DNA of 64,000 bases from Tortispora ganteri (taxonomy: Eukaryota). Below are positions 56,009-64,000 of this stretch, in pieces. The stretch spans positions 1 to 64,000 of the forward strand of contig PPNB01000010.1 in NCBI GenBank assembly GCA_003707115.1, in the 5' to 3' direction. The position numbers and the translations under genes are program-made. How positions within the stretch are numbered: the first letter of the stretch is position 1; each line of letters opens with the position of its first letter. A model generated the notes under the pieces. That model made no database searches. It saw only the letters and a list, made by a program, of their open reading frames with translations, and was not told the DNA's origin.

Positions 56009-56443
56009 TTAAATGGTTTCTGCATTATCCGGTAACTCCACAGCCCATTGATCTTGTTCTGATTTGTTTTTCCCTTTGTAACCCCATTTCGGCACCCATT
56101 CTTGTGTCTCTTCGTTGTACACCATTCTGCCGTCTTTTCTTTTTGGAGTAATTCCCTTAGCCTTTGCAAACTTCTCCCATTTAGTAGGCGGTTTAGCTTG
56201 TGGAATAGGTTTCTCTCTGGGCAAATGTGTAGATGGTTCAGGCAATGTTACGTATACTGCTTCTTTCGTAGATTTTATAGGCATTTGCAAGATTTGCGAG
56301 ATCATCAGTTGCACACTATCGCGTGCACTTGCCTTCAGACTTTCTTCATTACTATCATCAGGACCATTTGGATCGAATACTGCTAGATTGCCAAAATCAT
56401 AATCTACAGGCACTGGTTTTTCCGGATTCAAAGAATTTTCCAT
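56009..56443 (-). CDS. RRS1: Ribosome biogenesis regulator Rrs1 (short, 144 aa)
   Basis: DFGNLAVFD.N, LPREKPIP, PTKWEKFAKAKGI, WVPKWGY. Confidence 0.93.
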   Translation of the reverse strand: MENSLNPEKPVPVDYDFGNLAVFDPNGPDDSNEESLKASARDSVQLMISQILQMPIKSTKEAVYVTLPEPSTHLPREKPIPQAKPPTKWEKFAKAKGITPKRKDGRMVYNEETQEWVPKWGYKGKNKSEQDQWAVELPDNAETI

Positions 56444-56583
56444 GGTTAATGTCGAAGAGAAAAAAAAAAGTTATAAAGTTGATGTGGGTAGATTGTGAAC
56501 TGTGAAATGGGAGTTACCTGTTTAGGAGAAGTACCATAATATCGCGAATTTCTTAGTCACACTCACTGTCACATTACACGGAC

Positions 56584-58419
56584 ATGGCTGATGAAATTCG
56601 CCTTCTAATCTCTTCAGATAACCATGTAGGGTACAATGAGAATGACCATATATGCGGTAATGATTCATGGAAGACGTTCAATGAAATAATGGGGTATGCA
56701 AAGACACGCGATGTGGACGGGATCCTATTAGGCGGCGACTTGTTCCATTCCAATGAGCCCAGCAGAGTATCAATGTATCGCGTTCTTACTGCTCTAAGAG
56801 AGACTTGTTTAGGCGATAAACCCTGTGAGCTGGAGTTCATAGGTGATCCTGCTGCTGCGTTGACTGGTGAGATAAAGAAACTAAATTACGATGATGAAAA
56901 TGTTAATGTCGCTATTCCTGTATTTACTATTGCAGGTAATCACGACGATTCAACAGGCGCTGATCCTTCGACAGTGGCAAGATCTGCTGTTGATGTGCTA
57001 GCGTCTACGAGACTAGTCAACCATTTTGGATTTGTTTCAAAGGACGATACTTTCGTTGTCCATCCTATCCTGCTGCGCAAGGGTGACACGTTTCTTGCTC
57101 TATACGGTCTATCTAACGTACGCGAAGAGCGAATGCATCGCTGCTTTCGAGACGGAAAAGTCAAGTTCATGCGACCACATTGCCCAGGTATTTCTGATGA
57201 ATCTTGGTTTAATATATTGGTATTACATCAGAATAGATCTTCGCATTCGTTAACTGACTATATTCCGCAGTCAGCATTACCACCATTCGTAGACCTCGTA
57301 TTGTGGGGTCACGAACATGAATGTCGGATTGATCCACAGTACGTCGTCGAAAAAAAGCTTAATATTATACAGCCAGGATCTTCAGTGGCTACGTCTTTGT
57401 GTCAAGCAGAAGCTGTTCCTAAATATACTGCTATTATATCCATCAGACGCAAACGAATGGACATAGAGAAGATCCGATTGAAGACAGTGAGACCTTTCGT
57501 GTTCCGTACAGTAGAACTGAAGCAAAAACTTCAACTTCAATCTACAGTGGACATGAAATCTCAAGCTGAACAATACTTGACTGCCGAAATCAATTCCATG
57601 ATCACTCAAGCTAAGAAAGAATGGGTTGAAGCACAAAAGGAAGGCGTCGACAATGCTGTTGATGTCGATATCAAAAACTGCCCGCTCCCATTGATTCGTT
57701 TAAGGGTTGACCATAAAGATTGCAAAATAGGCAATGCTGTGAGATTCTCAAATACTTTTGCCGGCAAAGTTGCTAACCCGAAGAATGTCTTGTTGCCATT
57801 TACGCCCAGAAAGACGGCTCCCCCTAGAGTGCGAAACTCGAACGGAATCAGCAATAACGGAGCTAATGAACACTACGAGAGCGAAAGAAACGATATTTTT
57901 GACGGCTTCGCTATGTTTAATCATGATCAGATACTAAAAAATGCTTTGAAAAATGAGCGTTTTGTTGTTACGTCTGTTGATAAATTGAACGAAGGGTTAA
58001 CGAAATGTATTGATCAAATTAAACCTGAAAGTTTTCTCAAGTATATAGAGTCTGCAATTGAACAGAAAGTTAAGGATATTATGCAAGATGAGACTTTGGA
58101 AACCGACGAGAGCATATTGACTGTCTTGAAAGGCGCCGATCACATTGAACCACAGACTACTGAGCAGTCTATCAACGAAACCGAGGCAGCACCTTTAGAC
58201 CGAGAGATGACAATCCCAGATTCAGAAGATATAGATATGCTAGTTCCTGATTCCATTAATTCTGATGTCAAGTTAGAGAATGCGATGGAGGTGGACGACA
58301 GCTCTAAATCTTCTTTTGAAGCCGATCCAATTGTGATAAGCGACTCAGAGAACGAACCTGAAAGGGCAACCAAAAAACGAAAAACAGCTACAAAGCAAAA
58401 GAGATCAATAAGAAAATGA
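56584..58419 (+). CDS. MRE11: Double-strand break repair nuclease Mre11
   Basis: SDNHVG, GGDLFH.N.PS, GNHDD, LHQNR, WGHEH, QPGSSVATSL. Confidence 0.97.
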   Translation: MADEIRLLISSDNHVGYNENDHICGNDSWKTFNEIMGYAKTRDVDGILLGGDLFHSNEPSRVSMYRVLTALRETCLGDKPCELEFIGDPAAALTGEIKKLNYDDENVNVAIPVFTIAGNHDDSTGADPSTVARSAVDVLASTRLVNHFGFVSKDDTFVVHPILLRKGDTFLALYGLSNVREERMHRCFRDGKVKFMRPHCPGISDESWFNILVLHQNRSSHSLTDYIPQSALPPFVDLVLWGHEHECRIDPQYVVEKKLNIIQPGSSVATSLCQAEAVPKYTAIISIRRKRMDIEKIRLKTVRPFVFRTVELKQKLQLQSTVDMKSQAEQYLTAEINSMITQAKKEWVEAQKEGVDNAVDVDIKNCPLPLIRLRVDHKDCKIGNAVRFSNTFAGKVANPKNVLLPFTPRKTAPPRVRNSNGISNNGANEHYESERNDIFDGFAMFNHDQILKNALKNERFVVTSVDKLNEGLTKCIDQIKPESFLKYIESAIEQKVKDIMQDETLETDESILTVLKGADHIEPQTTEQSINETEAAPLDREMTIPDSEDIDMLVPDSINSDVKLENAMEVDDSSKSSFEADPIVISDSENEPERATKKRKTATKQKRSIRK

Positions 58420-58557
58420 GTAATATAGGTTTAACATAAGTTTCATAAAAAGAACAAGAACAAACAGCTGTCAGCGGTTGGAGTCAAGTCTGGACACATA
58501 AATGTGTGTCATGAGAGTTGCATCGATGAGGTATTATCGATATGCATAAGGAGATAA

Positions 58558-59511
58558 TTACTGTTCGATTTGAACTTCTTCAGTTCTTTGCCGTAACTCT
58601 TCGAAATCAAAAGCTTTTCCTTCGTCTTCACTGTCGTTTTCGACGTATGTATCGGCCAGGAGAATTTCACGGCCAGTGAGTTTTCTGGACTTGTCTTTAG
58701 CCTTCTTTTCTTCGAGTTTTAGCCGTTCTTCCTCCTTCTTTGCTTTCCACTCCTTAAAGGATTCTTCGTTAACTGGGTGGAGTTCTTTGCCCAACTTGCT
58801 GCGATCTATTTCTATGAATTCTTCCAGGGAGATGACGGGAGCATTTTCTGCTGCAAGTCGTTCAGCTTTACGTTGTTCTTTTGTCTTCAGCTCGTAGCCA
58901 GGCGGTAGTGAATGTTTGAACCTGCAGTTATCGCCGCCGTTTGGACACACCCACAACCAACCGTACTTGCCATCTTCAACGGCACTCAGAAAGTACTTGC
59001 AGATGATATTTGTCGGTGTAGGTTGATTACCGTGTTTCGACTGTACAACTTTCTGCAGCTTTTCAGTATCCCAGTCATCAACAGTTTCCTGTTCTCTCGT
59101 AACCCTCTGGTCCGTATAGAGATCTTTCTTGACTGATTTGCGCTCGATGTCCAGATCATGACTGAATTTGCACTTCGAGCCTTTAGTACAGGTACCTTGT
59201 TTGAAATAGGCACATAAAACTGTCTTTGGATCTACGCCAAAAGGCACTTTCTGTTGAATAATAGGATTAAACAGCAATGCTGCTTCTGCTTTAGCCTGTT
59301 CAGCGGCTTTTTTCTCAGCTAACTTACGAGCGTTGTCCGCTTCTTTCCTTTTTTGTTCCGCCGTCTGGCTCTGATTCTGTACCTGTTGCACATATTTTTG
59401 CACTTTCGCCGACCGATTCTTATTCTTTAAACCAAATGTCTTATCTTCTACAGATTGCTGCCGTTTACTGGCTTTTGTCTTATCACTCGGTTTCTGTTTC
59501 TTAGGCGGCAT
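58558..59511 (-). CDS. TMA46: Translation machinery-associated CCCH protein Tma46 (ZC3H15)
   Basis: EDKTFGLKNKN, QKVPFGVDPKT, two CCCH fingers, KYGWLWVCPNGG; first ATG at 59511. Confidence 0.93.
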   Translation of the reverse strand: MPPKKQKPSDKTKASKRQQSVEDKTFGLKNKNRSAKVQKYVQQVQNQSQTAEQKRKEADNARKLAEKKAAEQAKAEAALLFNPIIQQKVPFGVDPKTVLCAYFKQGTCTKGSKCKFSHDLDIERKSVKKDLYTDQRVTREQETVDDWDTEKLQKVVQSKHGNQPTPTNIICKYFLSAVEDGKYGWLWVCPNGGDNCRFKHSLPPGYELKTKEQRKAERLAAENAPVISLEEFIEIDRSKLGKELHPVNEESFKEWKAKKEEERLKLEEKKAKDKSRKLTGREILLADTYVENDSEDEGKAFDFEELRQRTEEVQIEQ

Positions 59512-59658
59512 CGTGGTCACTCACTTTACAGGTTTTTTTTTACGTTCCTTTACCTCCCCCTATTGGGTATTTGGTATACATAAGAAGCTCGTTACACCCC
59601 ACACGACCGATCGGCTATACAACATATCTGCTATGACTTAAATCGTTATCTGCTCATT

Positions 59659-60960
59659 TTATGTCTTCAGCTCGTTAATATTTGCCAGTCCAACCCGAGC
59701 AGCACCGAAATCAAATATGCTATAATACCGCGCAAGGAACGCGTTACCTAGCACAGCCATCCGAGCCATACTCATCGGCATATCGAGCGGTACTATCATT
59801 GAATAGCACGCCTTCTTGTCTTTGATTATATAGTCATCTGGAGATAATTTGAATATATGCCCGTGAAGGTTGAATTGGATATTTGGCAGACTGTCCATTT
59901 TCCAACATTGCACCTTGAACACCCCAGAAAGAGTTTCATAAGCACCTATCTGCTCAAAGATGTCGTAAGCAATCTCACTCGGCAGACCAATAAACTCGCT
60001 ACCCGTATCTAGCGCCGCTCCAAGGGGTTCCATCTCTATTGCAGTTTCGCCTACCGTTATTCCCTGCATCTCTACCTCCCAGTACCGCGTTTTAGTTACA
60101 GGCATGTACGTGATGTTGCCACTATATGCTTTGGGCTCGATTCCGCCAATCGTGAAGTACCCGGGTTCTAGGTTCTGGCTCGCCGCGCGGTTCATTCTGA
60201 ATGTCATCACTGGAGCTCTAATAACACCGTCTTGATACGCCTGAATTGGCATAGAGGGTAACCCATTTCCGCTAATACTCTCGTACCCAAGTCCTAAAAT
60301 CCCGTCAGCGAACTGAAAGAACTTCACACTGAAATCTTTTAGTTTGCTCACTGCACAGAACTCAGTGCCAGGCACTATCAAGCTTCCAATCTGTAGCGTG
60401 TCACTCGCTACCTTTCCCACTAACTCGCCGCGTCCATAATGTATTTCTGCGGTTCTGTTCGTTACACTTGACGTTGAAGACATATTGCTGATATAGCGTC
60501 GTCTCGTCATGCATTTACTCCCGCAACGCAACCCAGGTACCCAGAAACTGGAGCTTCCAGTGTCTAGAATGACTTTGAAACTTTGTCCAGGAATGCCAAG
60601 CGTTATAAATGTATAGAAATGCGACCACTTGAATTTCGTCAGATTAGTCTTGTGACCAGTGCCAACTACGCTTGGGGTGGCTTCATCTGACATACTAACT
60701 GTTTTCGTCCCTTTAAATATCTCGCCTTCTTCTTCTAGTGTTTCATACAATACATCCAACCCCTCGTCGTGGTATTCAGTCTCCTCTTCTCGTTTGACTA
60801 CACTGGCGCCGTACTTGTTTAAGAGGCCAGTGTGCTTTATAGCTAAATGCTCGACAAGGTTCTCGGACAGATCAGGTTGATACTCGTAAAGCGTCAGCAC
60901 TTCCATGCAATTGGCTACTAAACATAAAATCAGCTGAAAATAAAGCATTTTATGTGTCAT
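59659..60960 (-). CDS. Pepsin-family (A1) aspartic protease
   Basis: Signal peptide, two catalytic DTGS motifs, DGILGLG, VLGNAFL. Confidence 0.9.
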   Translation of the reverse strand: MTHKMLYFQLILCLVANCMEVLTLYEYQPDLSENLVEHLAIKHTGLLNKYGASVVKREEETEYHDEGLDVLYETLEEEGEIFKGTKTVSMSDEATPSVVGTGHKTNLTKFKWSHFYTFITLGIPGQSFKVILDTGSSSFWVPGLRCGSKCMTRRRYISNMSSTSSVTNRTAEIHYGRGELVGKVASDTLQIGSLIVPGTEFCAVSKLKDFSVKFFQFADGILGLGYESISGNGLPSMPIQAYQDGVIRAPVMTFRMNRAASQNLEPGYFTIGGIEPKAYSGNITYMPVTKTRYWEVEMQGITVGETAIEMEPLGAALDTGSEFIGLPSEIAYDIFEQIGAYETLSGVFKVQCWKMDSLPNIQFNLHGHIFKLSPDDYIIKDKKACYSMIVPLDMPMSMARMAVLGNAFLARYYSIFDFGAARVGLANINELKT

Positions 60961-61355
60961 ATAGTTGGTTAGGTTATATCTTCGATATTATTATTAAGTA
61001 AAGAAGTCTTTGACGGGCACGCAATCCCATCTTTACAAGATCATCCAGGGTCTGCTGTGTGCAAGGATCTCAGATACAGGGCTCTACTTGTTTTTTGGGG
61101 TCTAGATTACACAATAATTCATTCACGCGTAAAACATCACATATGAAATTTTAAATTTTATTAAGTACGGAATCTTTCTAACTCATATTCGTGAACATAG
61201 AGTCTGATAGAAGGCATAACTGCAATGAAGGAATATTTCCTTCTACTTACAAGCAATTACCGCTTTACATACCTTAGACGTCTTCAAATGGCAGGCCAGT
61301 TGGCAAGAGTATTAGCATGGATCGATAGTATACACTAAACCTCAGCGGTGCTAAT

Positions 61356-61967
61356 CTACTTGGCAGTTTCCTCATCCTCAGCAGGAGTGGCTTCTTCGTC
61401 AGCAGCATCACCATCTGTGCCTCCAAGGTTGGCAGCAAGATCACCGAGATCATTAGCTCCTAAACCTTCAAGGCCAGCACCTCCAGCTAATTTACTGAAA
61501 TCCATTCCATCAAGACCGCCCATATCTGGCATACCGCCTGCCATTTGTGAGAAATCCATGCCTCCAAGGCCACCCATGGGGTCAAAATCGCTCTCAGGAA
61601 CTTCATTCTGTTCGTCCTGATCAACCCAACGGTCAAAATCGGTCTTGATAAAATGGTACTTGGCCTTCTCCTTGGTCAGTCTAGGCCAATAGTCTTCCTG
61701 AGCTTTTTTCTTCCTTAATATGAAGGTGAGCCCCCGTCCAGTGGCAGCCTTCTTAGATTCATCAACGTCGATTTCGTCAAAGAAATCGATTTTTACACTA
61801 TATTTCTTGCCCTCAGCAGTGTCAGATTCAATAGCTAGTGCAGTAGAAGACAAATCCACTTTAGGATCTTTCGAATCAGGAATAATAACAGTCAAGAAGA
61901 CAACGTTCTTGGAAGCATCATCTGCGCTGGACCTTTGCGCCCATTGAACTTCAGGTGTAATAGACAT
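61356..61967 (-). CDS. SBA1: Hsp90 co-chaperone p23
   Basis: PEVQWAQR, YWPRLTK, IKTDFDRWVD, Gly/Met-rich tail. Confidence 0.96.
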   Translation of the reverse strand: MSITPEVQWAQRSSADDASKNVVFLTVIIPDSKDPKVDLSSTALAIESDTAEGKKYSVKIDFFDEIDVDESKKAATGRGLTFILRKKKAQEDYWPRLTKEKAKYHFIKTDFDRWVDQDEQNEVPESDFDPMGGLGGMDFSQMAGGMPDMGGLDGMDFSKLAGGAGLEGLGANDLGDLAANLGGTDGDAADEEATPAEDEETAK

Positions 61968-62100
61968 TATTTTAGTTTTAAAGATAGTTCTGGAAAATAT
62001 TTATAAGAATATTAAATTTAGTAGAACTAAAGCTGGCAAATGTTTCGATAAAATGCGTTATGACTTTATATAAATGTGCAGATGGTTAAGTTTGCGCCCC

Positions 62101-62140
62101 AGAATACTCCAGAAACTAGGGTGCAGGGTACCTCACGTGA
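62101..62140. promoter_or_regulatory. Heat-shock element and E-box upstream of SBA1
   Basis: AGAATACTCCAGAAA (nGAAnnTTCnnGAAn, one mismatch) at 62101-62115; TCACGTGA at 62133-62140. Confidence 0.55.
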
Positions 62141-62214
62141 TCGACAGTTGAGCGTTCTAGACACAAGGCCGATACAGCGGCTCATGTAATTATAAAATGA
62201 AAATAGAAAACAGT

Positions 62215-64000
62215 TCACAGGTATTGACGTTTATCCAATGCTTTAGTTATAAGTGAGATTGAATGATCTTTTAAATCTGACCCTACTTTCCAAGTATCGA
62301 GGTCTATGTGCTTAGGAATCTTCTGTCGAGCAGTAAGGAACCGTCTCTGCACGTTAAGAATGTCGATTGGCACCTCGTCTGGCGCAGATTTGCCAGAAAG
62401 ACTCAACGTAGATAGCTTGCGCATAGCCTGATTAATCTGCCGTCCTGGCCTGCTAGTACTTTCTTTTCCGCTGTTGAAGGGCTGTGCAGACGCGTGAAAA
62501 GGAGTCACAGAGGAAACATTGTTTGGCTTCTTTGGAGAGTCATTAGACGACAAGAAACCAGACAGCGATTCATGTGCAGGGAGGCCTTTAAGGAATGTAG
62601 GTTTTTTAGGTACAGGCGGTGCATGACGTCGTGTAACTTGATTTTGCGTGTTTTTCGGTAAATCTTTATCTTCGTTCTCCAGAGATCGCGGGGGCAGCGA
62701 AGGAGGTGGAATCCTCTCAGAGACTAGTTTCGGCTCGTAGTCGCTATCGTCGCTATAAACTGAAGTAATTCCTTGCTTCAGTTTCTCAACCAGCGGCTTA
62801 GCCGATAACATTGAGGTCCATAGGAAGTCACTAGCAGTACGTCCCTTCGCTGGTTTCGGTTCAGGCATAGGTTTATTGGAGTCAGCAGCTAATGGTATGC
62901 CCTCGCCAGCGTTGACGTCCAGTGATTGCAACATTTCAGCAGACAGACTTGTGTCATTAGCAAGATCCATTAGGCTAATTTGAGAGCCTTCGGGTGTAGT
63001 GACATCTCTAATATAAACGGCCAAAATTTGGTCTGGGAACTCGCAACACATCTCCACGTAGATCTCTAAATCCGATTCTCCTGAATCACCAATCAGAATA
63101 AACTTTCTCTGAGGGAAATCGCTGAGAATTCTTGTCAAACTACCACGCTTCCGTTGACCTACTGGTTCAAATATACCATTCATCAGTCCACTGTAGCTCC
63201 GCAGATGGTAACTTCCAGGGGGTAACTGGAGCGTGGTTAGTGTATCGTATATGTTGGTGAACATCTGCCAGGGACTATTAGAGACGTAGTGGAAAGACGC
63301 GCCCATGCTGCGCATCTCGCTGTACCAGTCACTGACTCCTTGTATACGGCAGTCTAGGGGATCGCGTATAAAGACGTTCTTGAGCATTTCCCTCCGCGGG
63401 CCATTTACGCCTGTAGTTTTCACTGTGTCGTCTATGTCCGAAATAACGCTTATTCCCTCTGCTGACAGAATGTTTGCAGGGATAATATCAACACGTCCTT
63501 CAATAGTTTCAGCGCCTAAGGTTGCCGGAATGAATCCTACCCTCAAACGTTCGTCAATACGGCCAGATTCATTAGTTTTCACCTCAAATGTAGCAGACGG
63601 AGCGTTGAACATATTATCGTCGCTATCTGATCCGGTAATAAAGACCCGGACAGTTTTGTTTGACATAGGCTTAGTTAAAAGGGGCGCCATTCTTTGTAGC
63701 AGGACCGCATTGGCAGTCAGTTCTTCGCCTTGGAAGGATGAATAATCGAAGGAACTTTCCTCGCTGCGATCCACATCAGCGGATTCTAACGGTACATCAG
63801 ATGCAGGTTCGTCAAATGAGATCAGATTTTGTTCTTCTGGGATAGTCTGAGGCAAGTTAGCTGGTACTGACTCCTTTGTGGAGGGATCTAGTTTCGGGGT
63901 ACCACTGCCCGAAATCTTCTTAAGCTCTGATCCGACGATTTGGCGGAGTATCGAGGCGTATATACGTTCTTTCTTTTTAGCGTAACCGTTCATACCGTAG
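62215..64000 (-). CDS. APP1: Phosphatidate phosphatase App1-like; 5' end probably beyond the window
   Basis: ISDIDDTVK (DxDxT), FHYVSNSPWQ, LIGDSGESDLE, IYIRDV, Pro-rich tail; frame is open to the window edge. Confidence 0.9.
   Translation of the reverse strand, partial: YGMNGYAKKKERIYASILRQIVGSELKKISGSGTPKLDPSTKESVPANLPQTIPEEQNLISFDEPASDVPLESADVDRSEESSFDYSSFQGEELTANAVLLQRMAPLLTKPMSNKTVRVFITGSDSDDNMFNAPSATFEVKTNESGRIDERLRVGFIPATLGAETIEGRVDIIPANILSAEGISVISDIDDTVKTTGVNGPRREMLKNVFIRDPLDCRIQGVSDWYSEMRSMGASFHYVSNSPWQMFTNIYDTLTTLQLPPGSYHLRSYSGLMNGIFEPVGQRKRGSLTRILSDFPQRKFILIGDSGESDLEIYVEMCCEFPDQILAVYIRDVTTPEGSQISLMDLANDTSLSAEMLQSLDVNAGEGIPLAADSNKPMPEPKPAKGRTASDFLWTSMLSAKPLVEKLKQGITSVYSDDSDYEPKLVSERIPPPSLPPRSLENEDKDLPKNTQNQVTRRHAPPVPKKPTFLKGLPAHESLSGFLSSNDSPKKPNNVSSVTPFHASAQPFNSGKESTSRPGRQINQAMRKLSTLSLSGKSAPDEVPIDILNVQRRFLTARQKIPKHIDLDTWKVGSDLKDHSISLITKALDKRQYL

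Overview
Eukaryotic, gene-dense, intron-poor window from a budding yeast (Saccharomycotina) using the standard genetic code (CTG sits at conserved Leu positions of PRP8). It is probably from a lineage that diverged before the Saccharomycetaceae: it keeps a complex I assembly factor, a Sac2-like phosphatase, an RBM26/27-like protein, a cysB-type cysteine synthase and Homol-D boxes at ribosomal protein promoters. About 39 protein genes and one tRNA-His(GTG) were found; VMA1 and APP1 are cut by the window edges. Highlights: (1) a PRX1 locus that reads in frame into a second, Ina22/DUF5321-like membrane module, with splice signals predicting either free Prx1 (intron removed) or a Prx1 fusion (intron retained); (2) a full-length Sestrin homologue, a family regarded as absent from model yeasts, with intact GATOR2-contact residues but a remodelled leucine pocket and peroxidase site; (3) a 437-aa VMA1 intein with intact splicing motifs and a degenerate LAGLIDADG endonuclease; (4) an L30 kink-turn autoregulatory element over the start codon of an RPL30 lacking the usual intron; (5) an identical 13-bp Homol-D element upstream of RPL30 and RPS12. 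All family assignments come from motif recognition by eye; no database search was run.
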